Under the pieces are notes generated by a model. That model did not search any database. It saw nothing but the letters and a program-made list of their open reading frames with translations, and was not told the origin of the DNA. The translations under genes and the position numbers were made by a program. This document shows positions 39,658-53,600 of a DNA stretch of 64,000 nucleotides, piece by piece. The first letter of the stretch is position 1, and each line of letters opens with the position of its first letter. Source of the stretch: Eledone cirrhosa (lineage: Eukaryota); the NCBI GenBank assembly GCA_964016885.1, contig OZ024740.1, forward strand, positions 154,628,001 to 154,692,000, read 5' to 3'.

Positions 39658-39835
39658 CACACTCACACTCACACACACACATGTAAGTATCTGTGCATGT
39701 ACGATCTTAAATAACAGTATCTATGTATGGGCATATGCATAAGTATGTATTGTCACAGGAGTCGATCGAGGCAGGGGTAGGGGTGGTGACTGTGCAGAGG
39801 GTGGTTTACCTTGGGCTCGGTGAGGTGGGACTGCT

Positions 39836-40138
39836 GTCCTTATAGCTAGAGGGAAGTTCCCATCCTAATGTGTTGTTATTGTCCATATAGCTTGAGGAAG
39901 GTCCCGGCCCTGAGGTGTCTACATGTCCCGGAGAAGTCCCTATAGCTTGACGGGAGTTCCCATCCTCATGTGTTGTTACTGTTCATATAGCTTGAGGAAG
40001 GTTCCGGCCCTGAGGTGTCTAGATGTTCCGGAGAAGTCCCTATAGCTTGAGGGAAGTTCCCATCCCAATGTGTTGTTACTGTCCATATAGCTTGAGGAAG
40101 GGCCCGGCCCTGAGGCGTCTACATGTCCCGAAGAAGTC
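39836..40138 (+). repeat. 100-bp tandem repeat, 3 copies
   Basis: Units start at 39836, 39936 and 40036; each contains two TATAGCTTGAGG-like subrepeats. Confidence 0.9.
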
Positions 40139-40225
40139 AGTCCTGAGGTTTATCAGGCTGCTTCCACCTCTGAGTTCGGCTGTACGTTCGGCTACCCGCC
40201 AGGCCGAAGAGATTAGCAGTGTCGG

Positions 40226-40625
40226 TTGGATTGACAGTATCGGTAGAGGGTCGGACATCATGCTTTCCAGCATAGTTACGTCCCTTTATGGTCTGAGTTC
40301 AAATCACGCTGAGGTTAACTTTGTCTTTCATCCTTACGGAGTCGATAAAATAAAGTACCAGTAATTCACTGGGATAATTGCTGGCCTTTTGCCAAAAGTC
40401 AAAACAATTATTTTGGCAATATCGGTAGAACGTCGGACACCCTGCTTTGCAGCATAGAGTAATAGCCCTTAATATTCTGAGTTTAAATCCCGACAAGGTT
40501 AGCTTTGCCTTTCATCCTTACGGGGTCGATAAAACAAAGCACCTGGAATGCACTGGGTCGATTTAATCGAATCCCGCCCCCTTCAAATTGCTGGCCTTGT
40601 GTTTAAAATAGAAACAGTTATTATT
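40226..40625 (+). mobile_element. Two tandem SINE copies
   Basis: A box, B box and core matches. Confidence 0.85.
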
Positions 40626-40769
40626 TATGTATCTTTAATAAATAAATAAACAAACAAATAAATATTTATTTGATTGTTTGTTTATTACGTAAGAAGAAGC
40701 CAATGACATCTTACATTTACGATTGCGTACTTATATCCGTAACAAACCCTGATATATATGTTTATACAC

Positions 40770-40785
40770 ATACACACACACGTGT

Positions 40786-40863
<78 letters not shown>

Positions 40864-40868
40864 ACATG

Positions 40869-40940
<72 letters not shown>

Positions 40941-41102
40941 CACATACACACACACATATATATATATATACATACACACATATATATATATATATATATA
41001 TGTATGTACATATATATATATATATACATATATATATACATATATACATATATATACATATATATATATATGAATATATACACACACACACACACACATA
41101 CG

Positions 41103-41190
<88 letters not shown>
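40770..41190. repeat. Compound (TA)n/(CA)n microsatellite
   Basis: Directly visible. Confidence 0.95.
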
Positions 41191-41191
<1 letters not shown>

Positions 41192-42038
41192 TTATTCGCA
41201 TCATTTGATTTGTCACTTACAAAAATACATACATACAGACAGTTGCATATACATTTTTTTCCTACTACGAAACTTCAAAATTGTTTCCTAGTTTATTTCA
41301 AACATCATTGAATTGACAATGTTTAAATTAACCTGTGTTTTATGTATGACCTGTATAATACAGGCCATCACCCCGTTCGTTGAAACATATTCTGACCAAA
41401 TAGGTGAGACTTTATACTTTGTCCTTTTAACTCGGGTGGGGTTTTCTCAGAGCCACTACCATCCATCGTGGTTTTATTTGCATAACTTTTGGTAACTTTT
41501 CCTAAAATGTATCTTATTAAATGCTCACATAACAGGTTTTCAAACAATTTCCCTATTGCCACAGGAGTTGAATAGAGGGTAGAAAATGATGAAGTTTCTT
41601 TGGTTTTTTCCATTACAGAATACATTGTTATGATTATACAGCCTTTGTAAACAAAACAATATCGCCAAACAACAATACCAGTTTAATGTATGTGTTTTGA
41701 GTTGCATAGCAATGGTTGTTTTATCGGCCACGTCGTTTCCGTGCCAACCACGTAGTAACCATTGCAACAATTTGTTATCCATTCTGCAAAACTTTTGACA
41801 TTGCATTGGTATATTTCATTTATAACAAACATGGCAAAGAGCTGGTACATGACAGTACCTATATACTGCACAGCATATATCCATGTAAAGTTCGATGGTC
41901 ATAGCCTTAATGGCTGTGGAAAAAATTCTAACACTAAATATTTGCACATCTGGGTACAACTGACTTACAGATACTCTAAAACCCCAGGTTTATAGGGTTA
42001 AAAGTTATAGAAAATTTTGAAATTATATAACAATATCT

Positions 42039-42081
42039 ATATATATCCACCGAAAATCATACACTCCAGATACACACACAC

Positions 42082-42115
<34 letters not shown>

Positions 42116-42150
42116 ATGTGGAGTGTATGATTTTCGGTGGATATATATAT
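42039..42150. repeat. Palindrome centred on (AT)n
   Basis: ATCCACCGAAAATCATACACTCCA..(CA)n(TA)n(TG)n..TGGAGTGTATGATTTTCGGTGGAT. Confidence 0.9.
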
Positions 42151-42254
42151 ATATATATATTGGGGGGGGGGGGTATAAAGTAAACAGAAATTACGAAGCA
42201 AACAATACAGTACATTGACGAAATAGTTTAATGCTTGAAATAGCAAGAAAAGGG

Positions 42255-42290
42255 TCTTAACGTTTCGGACACTAGTCCTTCATTAGAAGA
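42255..42290 (-). ncRNA. Decayed hammerhead-like motif
   Basis: Minus strand reads TCTT-CTAATGA-A-GGAC-TAGT-GTCC-GAAA-CG-TT-AAGA, with a G-to-A change in the core. Confidence 0.5.
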
Positions 42291-42408
42291 TGAGTTATAA
42301 ATAAAAGTTAAAATAGAAAGGTAAAGAGTGAGAAGAGTAAGAAACGGGGGTAGGCAATGAAAAAAGAACAAGGGAAAAAAAACATGGGTGTATAGCTTTC
42401 CCTCTTGT

Positions 42409-42680
42409 TTAACCCTTTCGTTACCATATTTCTAATGAAAGATACTGCCTATGGTTTTCAAATTTTCAAAATATTGAAGAATTCGGAGTGATTTAGTAAT
42501 ATAATTAACTTTCTCATTATTTAGCTGGTGTTTGGAACATAACTTAACAAGGTTTCTTGCATTAAATTCCGAAGAAAGTTTTGTAGATAAATATAAACAC
42601 TTTAAAACTAAGATTTTTTTTAAATTTTAAATCATTATAGAACCAGGAGTGGTTTCGTGTGATTTGTTAGCGAGAGATAA
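42409..42680. mobile_element. piggyBac-type MITE remnant
   Basis: Begins TTAACCCTTT; homologous to about 56685-56900 and 56960-57130. Confidence 0.5.
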
Positions 42681-42721
42681 GTATTGAATATGTAAAAAGT
42701 TTCAATAATATTTATTATATT

Positions 42722-43428
42722 AACTTGCAGAAAAACCACCTTTCAGGTGGTTTTCTGCTAGCATGTGCACTGCGCATATTGATATTATACACAAATATAT
42801 ATGCATATAGATATAATACATCAAATAAAATCGTAATTGACAATATGCACAGATATTGAAGAAAGGCTGTGTGACAGTCTCTTCTGTAATCAATGTATCC
42901 ATGATACATTTAAAAAAGACGATATCATATATAAACTGCATTACAGTGAAATGTTATGAAAACGAAAAAAGAGAAAATTAGCATCGGAAATATAAACGTT
43001 ATGATATAACGATGCAAATATATGAACGTTTATATAAGCTATATGATATAGTGTACGTTATATCATAACCGGAAGTATTAACATTTGAAAATTTTAAAAG
43101 AAGCGAATCTTAAAATAAGCAATCATTATATATAAGAATATTTATGTTTAATCAACAGCAACGAAATTTAGTACATAAATTATGTAATATTGACGCATAG
43201 AGTTACGGCCCTTGCCATTCTGAGTTCAAATCCCGCCGAGGTTAACTTTGCCTTTCATCCTTACGGAGTCGATAAAATAAAGTACCAGTAATGCACTGGG
43301 TAATTGCTGGCCTTGTGCCAAAAGTAGAAACAATTATTTATTCAAAGTAATCCAACTTATTTTACTAACAGGATAAAAAAATATGTTCAGGACACAATCC
43401 CGCACTCCTCCCTTTATTATATTATGAT
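42722..43428 (-). mobile_element. Non-autonomous Helitron-like element carrying a SINE (43191-43338)
   Basis: Subterminal hairpin GCAGAAAAACCACC-TTTCA-GGTGGTTTTCTGC; homologous to 53837-54954. Confidence 0.65.
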
Positions 43429-43529
43429 AATGACAACTATAATAACGGCAATAATAATAAAAGAAAAAGAAACAAAAGAAAAAAAGGAATAGGGAAATAT
43501 AGAGAAAAAAGAGAAAAAGGAAGGGAAAA

Positions 43530-44620
43530 GGAGCGGAAAGGGGTGGGATGGCAAGAACTCTGGTGTCGCAGAAGAGAAGGCCGGGGTAAAAGGAAGGGAG
43601 CATTGGGCCTGGGGCATGGGGATAGAAGTGCTACTCCCCGTGGACAACATCGCAAAAGGACTCCCACAGATAATGGCCACAGATAATGGCCACCCAACCT
43701 CGCGGGGTTCCTTCCTCAGATGTACGCCTGAGGTCTCTACGGCGACCGGTGCGAACCGGAAGCGACCGGACAAACCCCGGTATTTGTTTATTTTTCGTTC
43801 TTCTGCGAGGCAGTTCGCGATGCCGGGATTTGTGACCGAAGTGACGCAGCAGGTGGCGTCCTAGATGAGGGATCTACCCTCTTCGGATGGGAAGAGTCTG
43901 ATTCTGTCGGGGCGCTTGCCATCACCACGGTCTAGGCCTGCTGGCTCCAGTTGAGATGGAAAGCCAGCTAGTTGCGTCCAGGCTCCTTCTCAGTATGTCG
44001 TTGAGAGCGGCATGTCGGGGAAACCGGCCTGCGCTCTGGCTGCAAGACAGACAGTGCAGGCCGAACTTGTCAATGGCAGCACTTATGTGGCTCACACACG
44101 TGGAGTGCACTCATCATCAAGAAGGGTACTGGTTGAGGAGGAGGGCACCAAATTGAGCCACACACCGCTGTTGGGCTGAGAAGTGGAGTGGAAGCAGGCG
44201 AGGCGGTGTTGGTCCAAGCCAGACTCGATCCGCCTGACAGAAGACCTGCAATTGATGTTGTCCCAGTTATGTTGGACCATAGTATACTGGTTGATAGAGA
44301 GGCCTTCACCTGTCCAGTAGGCCAGAGCTTGTTCCATCTCAGGGGCCAGGTCAGATTCGGCTGTCTGGCTGAGAACCTCGCTGACGAGTGCGTGACTGGA
44401 GGGGATAGAAGAGAGGTAGGCAGGTAAAACTAGATCCGAAGCTGATCGGAGGCTGAGGCCACCGAACCTCGCTGGGAGTGTCACCTGTTGCCAGCCTGCG
44501 CTGTCGAAACTGACATTGCAGATGATTTCTGCACAGTGCCGAATCGTGACATCAATTCCCCGAGATATGTGTTGGGGGTGGCAAGGTGCACCGCGCAGCA
44601 AATATTTCCAAAGTGTTATT
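43530..44620 (-). mobile_element. CRE-clade (restriction-like endonuclease) non-LTR retrotransposon, 3' part
   Basis: WQQVTLPARFGGLSLRS, C..DKFGLHCLSC..GRFPRHAALNDIL, GKRPD..*DATC and FAPVAVETSG. Confidence 0.8.
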
Positions 44621-45282
44621 GTTTGGTGTGTCAAGAAGAACAGGAAAATATATATCGTTAGACTTGTTTTCTTCCTACTGGCAAAACTATTATTTTTTTT
44701 TTAATTTTGAACTAATATGTATGTCTGAATATATATCCAAAATTAAATTAAGGGTGTCATGTCCGAGAGACATGCGCCATATCCACTGTAGAAATGAATA
44801 AATCCGAGCATTTTATATCAACTAGAAATTGATTGACATATATATATATCTAAAATAAACATATGAAGCAATCGCAGGAATCATTTGTAAAGTGTGTAAG
44901 CACACACACCTAGGTAGGTAACTAATTAAAGTTTACCTAGAACTTATATAGATACCTTTAACTAGAACTTATATAGATACCTTTTAAAATGATTAATCTT
45001 CCTTGTATATATTTCATTAAAGAAATATATTTCACCATCAATCGATGAGTAAATCACAGTAGTCAAATCCCAGATTTTCAACAAGGCAGAAGATTTAACT
45101 ATCTGTGTTTACACAGCAAATGCAAATCTGCGAATGACTATTAGCACGTGTTGCATTTTTTTTAAAATACACACATCGTACCAGTGTCATACCAGTGGCG
45201 TGAATAGGATTATCGACAACTAGAAATAGCAGCCGAGTCCTTTCAACTGAGTTAGCTCTACAATTACTATATATATATATAC

Positions 45283-45450
45283 ATTGTTTCTACTTTTGGC
45301 ACAAGGCCAGCAATTACCCAGTACATTACTGGTACTTTATTTTATCGACCCCATAAGGATGAAAGGCAAAGTTAACCTCGACGGGATTTGAACTCCGACC
45401 ATAAAGGGACGTAACTATGCTAGAAAGCATGGCGTCCAACCCTCAACCGA
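45283..45450 (-). mobile_element. SINE copy (further fragments at 46716-46808 and 52258-52332)
   Basis: Reverse-complement core and tail match. Confidence 0.85.
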
Positions 45451-46010
45451 GGAATTTTTTCAACACGCTGACGCGTATGTGTATATGTGTGTGCGTGTGT
45501 ATATGTGCATATGCATAGATTTATATGTATGAATATATAAATATAAACGTGCAGAAACAATTACAAAAATACACACTCAGACATGCATTCACACAAACAC
45601 ATACACACATACACAGCATAACAAATGGAACGCCAGACGCTATTTATCTATAGATTTTTCACCACTCCTTCCTTCCTTTTATACACTAACATTCACGCAG
45701 GCAGCAGACGTAAAGAGAGAGGTGTAGTATGAGGTAATCAAACTACTCCTCTCTGTTAGCGGGGGACTGAGAATATGCTCCGAAATCATCATTAGACGTG
45801 TCCGTCGAACCTGCGTGTCCAGAATCAGACAGCTCCACACAATGATCAAGTCTCGAGCTGTCCGCCGCGGAAAACAATTGTAACACAATAAATTGAGTTC
45901 AGATGCATCACTGATTTTTCGTTTTCTATTCTATCATACTCTGCTCTGTAAGAGCATAGAGTGTTCAACTGGCATACCACCTATGGAAGCATCTTAGCTA
46001 CCATCAGATT

Positions 46011-46087
<77 letters not shown>

Positions 46088-46360
46088 TTAGCTATATAGG
46101 AAAAGAGTTAATCTAAAATGGCAGAACTTAAGTCGAAAACCAGAATTAACAACAGCATGCGAGATAGGGAGAATAGAACGGAGGTTACAGCAATAAGTTA
46201 ATATGAATTAAAAGTGACAAAGGTGGTATATGTGTATATATATAGAGAGAGAGAGAACGTGAACGTTTAATCTTGTAAAATCTGAACTAATGTACATGGA
46301 CCTTTTTATTGAGAAACAATCGATATATATTTAATATGTATCAAATAAGACTAGATATAA

Positions 46361-46417
<57 letters not shown>

Positions 46418-46454
46418 TATATACACTCGCATTCCAACTCGATCTTCGACAAAA

Positions 46455-46495
<41 letters not shown>

Positions 46496-47259
46496 TTGTT
46501 TGACCTGTTTAGCTTGATTTGTTTTTTGGCTTAGGTGGTTAATGCCTTCTTGACTACTTTTCAGTTTGTATGGCGTTTTAACATATTGTTTAGCTCTAGT
46601 TTTTCTTAACTATTGGAGCGCTTGCCGGTATTTCTACGATTTTGCATTTCGTTTCGCTTTTTCTACCAGCCGAAATACCATTCTCGTTGAATATACATTT
46701 ATATATATATATAGTAATAATTGTTTCTACTTTAGGCACAAGGCCAGCAATTACCCAGTGCATTACTGGTACTTTATTTTATCGACCACGTAAGGATGAA
46801 AGGCAAAGTGTAAAAATAATAAATATGAAGACTAAAATCCAAAGAGTGGTTTTGTCTTTGCGTGCAATTGTTCTCCACGCTCCACATATGACGTATTATC
46901 TTCGTTGTTTCCGTTCATTGCCAGAGAACGTCTCTACGAACCACCTAAGAGAACATTTGTCTACGACTTCTTTTATACCATAAACGTGGTCCTGTCTTTG
47001 CGTGTAATTGTTTTTAACCGCTTCTATTAATGACGTATTATATTCGTTTTTTCCCGTTCTTTGCCAGGGAACGTTTCCACGAACCAAAGTATCGTCTTCC
47101 TGTCTTCCTCCGGTTGCAACGTTATTTGAAATATCCCCTTATGCGTTTACAGATTGACTTTGTTAGTTTCAGAAGATCCCGTTAAGGGTGAAAGCAGCGA
47201 TTCTTTGCTTAAACTTTAATCTGTTATTTTAATAAATATATATATATATATATATTAGA

Positions 47260-47770
47260 ATTTGTGGGTCATCACAGTCTGAAATTAGATTGGTCAGAGA
47301 TATACTGGTATGGATTGGGTGGGTCATTACGGTCTGAAATTACATTGGCCAGACATATGCTGGCATGAGTTGGGTGGGTCATTACGGTCTGAAATTAGAT
47401 TGGCCAGAGAACCATGTTTTGCTCTTATATTCCATATTTAGCATGGTTTCTACAGTTGGATACCCTTCCTAATGCTAACTACTGTACAGAGTGTACAGTG
47501 TACATTTTATTATGACACCAGCACTACCACTTTACAGAGTGTACTGGATGCATTTTAGTATGGTACCAGCACCACCACTTTACAGAGTATACTGGGTGTA
47601 TTTTATTGTGACACCAGCACTACCACTTTACAGTGTATTGTGTACATTTTATTGTGGCACCAGCACTATCACTTTGCAGATTATATTGTGTACATTTTAT
47701 TGTGGCACCAACACTGACACTTTACAGAGTATACTGGGTGCATTTTATTGTGACCCCAGCACTACTATTG
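47260..47770 (-). mobile_element. RTE 3'-tail derivative with internal tandem repeats
   Basis: CCCTTCCTAATGC tail motif and repeated ACCAGCACTACCACTTTACAGAGT units. A ~58-bp unit occurs three times at 47260-47410. Confidence 0.6.
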
Positions 47771-47955
47771 ATACCCAATTGCAATGTTCCAACGATAACA
47801 TAGTTATTCAGTATAACTGAGTTTTATACTGATGTGTTAACTAATTACAACTAGATAATTAACTAACTACAGCTAAATAATTAACTAACTACAATTAAAT
47901 AATCAACTAATTGTAACTAAATAATTAACAAATGATTGCTCTTTTTCTTGTTTAG

Positions 47956-48155
47956 GTCACATGAAAACTGATCATAGAGTAGATATCTTACATAATGGTC
48001 AAGAAGATTTTCCTGAGTCAATTCAGATGGTGTTAACATCACCTCAAACCAAACTGCTACTAAATTACACTAAAACCTCAACACATTTCAATATCCCTAT
48101 GTATATTTACAAGGGCCTTAATCAATATGATGTTTTGGATATTGGTGAAGAAAAG
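47956..48155 (+). CDS. Candidate internal host exon, product unknown
   Basis: Acceptor CTTTTTCTTGTTTAG, 200 bp of open non-repetitive frame (GHMKTDHRVDIL...DIGEEK), donor AAG|GTATTG. Confidence 0.45.
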
Positions 48156-48924
48156 GTATTGATTTTTTTATGCATTTTAAAGAAAAAAAAGGATGAAAAA
48201 TAATAGTAGACTAATAAATAAGTTTATGAGTTAAATAACTGGACTGGGCAGTGTCCTTGAGCAAGTCACTTCATTACACATAGCTCCAGTCGATGCAGCT
48301 GAGTGCCAACAGCAGTTGAAGTTAACCTTATGATGAATTAGCATCTCTTCCAGGAGTAGGGTGTATATAGCATCAGATCAGTAGTGATGGTGGTGGTATA
48401 TAGCTCCTAGTTTTGATCAAGCAGAATGACAGAAAGACTGCAAGTTGTTGGCCAAAGGATGAAGTATACTCCACATTTCTATGGTTCAAGTTATATTCTG
48501 CCCTCATCTGATTGTGACACCACTGCACTATAATGAGAAATTCTATGGAGTGAAAGGGAATGGTCCAGAAATATACAATCTTCATTCTCCAGTCTTTATC
48601 ACAGATAGTAAGAGATCACTGTGAATCATCAGCTTCAGTCACATCATGGACTGGTGCCTGCTATATCCTTGGGTTGATCCAAACCTTATCAGTCAAATTG
48701 AGTGAATGGAAACTGTGAAAGCCTGTCAAATGGATTGCATCTCTTATTCAAAGATATTAGCTTTATCACATTATGTCATGCTAATTCTACTTGAGATTTA
48801 CATTATGGGTACATATGTCTGTAAGTATATGTGTGTGTATATATATATGCATATGTATGTATATATTTCTATTAATTCTATGTGTATATATGCTTGTATA
48901 TATTTTTATGCATGTATGTGTGTG

Positions 48925-48974
<50 letters not shown>

Positions 48975-50048
48975 AAAAGGGAAGTTACGTTCTATACAAA
49001 AAAGTGGTTATAGAGAGAAGGTGAAATTGGAAATAGCACAGAAAATATATTTAAGGGTCTGTTTTTCTTGTTTGTTTTTTTCCTTTCTTTGATTCGTCAA
49101 AGTGGCATTATTGAAAAATGTGTGGGACAATTATTTTTAAAAAAAGAGTTTTATAATGTATATAAAGTATATAAAGTATTACTGGTTTCGATGTATTAGT
49201 AAAATTCAATCGAATGTTGAGTATTACAATTCAAAAGAATCAATAAGGATTAAAAACTAAAAATTAAAGATTTAAAATTAAGTGTTGAGGTAAGTTATTT
49301 TCATCTTCCTTGTTGAGAAGGAGACTGGAAAATGTATACATATATATATAGGATACACATAACCTCCAGTTCTTGTATCTAATTGCATCATTGGTCAGTG
49401 ATTGGTGTGTTGCATACACAATCCTGATCAGTCAACATTTTATAAAATAAATAAATATATACATGTGTGTGTATGCACACATATGCACAGTGTTTCTTCT
49501 TTGCTCTGTTTGTGGTGCAAAAAGTGTGAATGAATAAGCTGATTTATTTTATGTCTGAGAAATGGGAAAAAATCTAAACCTCATGTATAAGTTGTAATGA
49601 ATTTTTTATCATATCCGACTGTTTTGAAGGCCATAATCATTAAAAAAAAAAACAATAGGAAAAACAAATTTCATCTCCAAAGTGAAACTAGTGTAATATT
49701 TACCCCCAAAGCGAAACTATTTTAGTACCTCATTTACGTAGAAGTTTGAAGTTGGGGAAAATTGACAAAATAATAACCTCAAATATAAGTTGACTCTCTA
49801 TTTTACCATTAATATATACTCTTTTTTTCTTTTTTCACATATTTCTCAACTTATATATGAATATATACCATAATCAAACAAGACATTTGTGTCTAAGAAG
49901 TTGTTACATACTTTTCTCCTGCATTCTTACTTCTACTGCCAATTTTGATTGGGTTAGAGAGGTCTCTTCAGTTTGGCCAAGTCTATGACAATCTCTCTCA
50001 TGCTGGTGCTATGATCAAATGCACCCAGTACACTCAAAAGTAGAAACA

Positions 50049-50168
<120 letters not shown>

Positions 50169-50194
50169 AGACAGAGAGAGAGATTACATTTATG

Positions 50195-50462
50195 TATTTG
50201 TTCAGCAAAAATCTTGATGTGTTGAAACCAATATTGTTATATTTTGGGATGGTCATGTTGCCTATTGAAGACATGCACCATATAACTTTCACTTTATCTT
50301 TATTCTTCCATCAAAGCTTTTTTGTAACACCAATCTGTGACCTCCTATAACAACAAAATGAAACAGAAATGTAAGACCAGAAAAGAAGAGGTACAAAAAA
50401 AATTGATAGTTATTGAGGAGGTCACAAATTGATTTGACCAAACAGCTTTGACGAGAGAATAA
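50195..50462. mobile_element. Diverged copy of the fold-back family
   Basis: GTGTTGAAACCAATATTGTTATATTTTGGGATGGTCATG end, plus inverted CAAAGCT..GTGACCTCCT / GGAGGTCAC..AGCTTTG. Confidence 0.6.
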
Positions 50463-50596
50463 CACTACATGCGGCTTTGACAGGGAGGGTCATTTAGAGG
50501 GAATTGGGGGGGGGGGGGGGTAAAGCTGCACAGCCCCACTTTCCGCCATGGTAATTGGACTGCATGCCATGCTTTCCAGGTTACCCTTCGCCACTG

Positions 50597-50684
<88 letters not shown>

Positions 50685-50688
50685 TATA

Positions 50689-50811
<123 letters not shown>

Positions 50812-50889
50812 GAAGACTGGAAGGTAATATCCGTAGTGGTAGAGTTTGGGGCGAGTTTGGTAGAAGTAGTAACATAACAGTTCACCATA

Positions 50890-50930
50890 CCTAGTACAAT
50901 TGTTTCACCTTATACGGATCTTCAGCTCGG
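50890..50930 (-). ncRNA. Hammerhead-like motif
   Basis: Minus strand reads CCGAG-CTGAAGA-TCCGTATAAGGT-GAAA-CAATTG-TA-CTAGG; palindromic stem III, weak stem II. Confidence 0.55.
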
Positions 50931-51252
50931 ATTGGTCATGGTTATACGGAACAAGAAGTACAACCGTATGAACGCGCATGCGCAGAAACGGTCACTTCAC
51001 CCAAGTGATACAAAACCTCGAGCGATAGATGTAAGGGAGATAACTGCAACAGTCCGGAAGTTCGAGTTGATTAGAAAATTAGAATGTTGTTGTTATTCAA
51101 TCCGGAGCTTTGTAGTTATGCAAGAGATGTTTCTGAGGCTTAAAAAAAGAAGCTGTTTGCATAATTGGAAACGAATTGAATATTATTATTAATATTCAAA
51201 AAACTCAGATTACATTTATCGTATTCAGCCATGTAGAGCGATAGATTATTTG

Positions 51253-51307
<55 letters not shown>

Positions 51308-51327
51308 GACACACACACATATATATA

Positions 51328-51393
<66 letters not shown>

Positions 51394-51614
51394 TTTTTTT
51401 CTAATATGGCAAAGCCAGCCATTCGTCGCTCGTATACAGGAAACTGACTGGCCAGTCTGCTGATGTGCAAATCTGGCTGATCAGTGGATCTGCTAATATG
51501 CAAATCTGACTGATCAGCCAGTCTGCTAATATGCAAATCAGGCCAATCAGTCACTGTATATTTTAGAAAATATCATATATTTTCACTAGCTCTGAGAGTG
51601 GGCAGGTGAACAGT

Positions 51615-51664
51615 GAACTGTACTGATGAAGAGTAATACCCAGAAACATTAGTGTCTGGAGTTC
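51615..51664 (+). ncRNA. Decayed hammerhead-like motif
   Basis: GAACTGTA-CTGATGA-AGAGTAATACCCA-GAAA-CATTAGTG-TC-TGGAGTTC. Confidence 0.5.
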
Positions 51665-51823
51665 TGTTTACATGCCAATACAAGAGAAAGAATGAGGGGC
51701 TCATTCTACTGACATGGCTTTAAAAATGAGGCTTGTTTGCATAATTGCAAATGAATCGAATATTATTATTAATATTCGAAAAACTCAGATTACATTTATT
51801 GTATTCAGCCATGTAGAGCGAAA

Positions 51824-51904
<81 letters not shown>

Positions 51905-52419
51905 TGTTTTCCATGCTGGAATGGGTTATATACATATATTCTACATAGAGCTTTCATTGTGGGGATCCCAATGATTTCAGAACCTCCAGCAGTGTCAAGC
52001 AGCATTGATGCTCCAATTCATGTTGCATTTTATTTTATCAAAGTACCCACCACAACAACCTAGGTACTGTTATAACCACTCTAATCCTTCAGGAATTATG
52101 TTTAAGCCTTGCTGGGGTTCACTCTCGGCTCTCAGCATTGGTTTTTCTCTCAATTTTTTTTACTATATCCATATGTATGTATATGTATAAAATTGGTATT
52201 GCAAGTAATTGTCACTCATGAATATAAATTAAAAATAATCTCTTGACTCTTTATATAATTATTTCTACTTTTGGCACAAGACCTGCAATTATCCCAGTGC
52301 ATTACTGGAACTTTATTTTATCGACCCCGTAATGATCTATCATTAGGTAATGTTTGCAACCTGTATAACATGTTTGTATAAATCTTACAACAAGCACATT
52401 ATAATATGTAATGTTATTA

Positions 52420-53600
52420 TCACCACCAATTAATGTCTATTTTCCAAACTTGGATAGGGTAGACAGGTTGTCACATTCTGAGGCTATACTGGAAAGGTGA
52501 ATATGGCTTGCTCATATGTTAACCATTTTAACTTGGTTTCTATGGCTGGACACCCTTCCTAATGCCAACCACTTTATAGGGTATATTGGGAGCATCATAA
52601 CATGACTCCATCACTGCCAACTTACAATGTGGACTAGGTACTTTTATCACTTACAGAGTAGACTGGATGCTTTTTATCATGGTGCCTGCACTACCACTTT
52701 ACAGAGTGGGCTGTGTGCAGTTTATCATGGCATTAGCACTGTGTGCGTGTGTGTGTGTGTGTATTGTATATATATTTATATATGTGTATATTATATATTT
52801 GTGCATATCTGTTATTTTTTATTTAGGATCATATGATATACAAAGACGAAGTTCATAAAACAATATTAACATTTCACTGCCATGATGTTGAATCATATTT
52901 CAAAACCTCAACATGTACTATTCAGTCAGTTGTAAGTATATATACATACACATATTTATATATATCATCATCCTCATTATCATTGTTTAATGTCTATTTT
53001 TTATGCTAGCATGGGTTAGATGGGTTGTCCTGTTTGAGGAAAGTGGAGTCAGGTGACCATGTCTTGCTCATACAGAACTGTTTCTGGCTTGGCTTCTATG
53101 GCTGGATGCCCTTCATAAGGCCAAACACACTTACAGTGTGGACTGAGTGCTTTTTGTCGTGACACCTATACAACCACTTTACAGTGTTGACTGGGAATAT
53201 TTTGTTATGATACCTTCTTGACCACTTATCAGTGTGGGCTGGATGCATTTTGTTGTGATACCAACATGACAACATTACAGTGTAAGGATGGTGAGATCAG
53301 ATGTAGTGGTGTGTTAAGGCGCGGCAGGTGTATGGAAGGTGGAGGGAGGATAATGGTTAAGAGGTGTATACTAGATGTATACTTCAGTCCATGTGCATGG
53401 GAAGGCAGATCTTTTCTATTACTGCATAACACCAAAGATCTCGATCCTATGTCATTGTCTTTGAGAGATGCAATTGTGCAAGGTCAGCTTTTATCACCTC
53501 ATCCCAGGTCTTCCTGGGCCTTCATACTTGATAGCTTCTATCAATTTTGATCTCTCTGCACCTTTTTATACAGCTGTCATCTTTCATACTCATCTCACAC
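52420..53600 (-). mobile_element. Two or three old RTE 3'-end fragments
   Basis: Reverse complements of the 59000-59560 RTE tail with (GAT)n-like ends. Confidence 0.7.

Noticed and set aside
40670-41311. YI/HT/CV-repeat ORFs here and throughout the window
   Set aside because: These are translations of (TA)n, (CA)n and (GA)n microsatellites.
45679-45888. 69-aa minus-strand ORF as a host exon
   Set aside because: No recognisable motif or convincing splice sites.
49200-49296. Exon ending at GAG|GTAAGT
   Set aside because: Good donor, but the upstream sequence has stops and no clear acceptor.
50973-50984. NRF1-like GCGCATGCGC promoter motif
   Set aside because: A single short motif next to a TE relic with no other promoter evidence.
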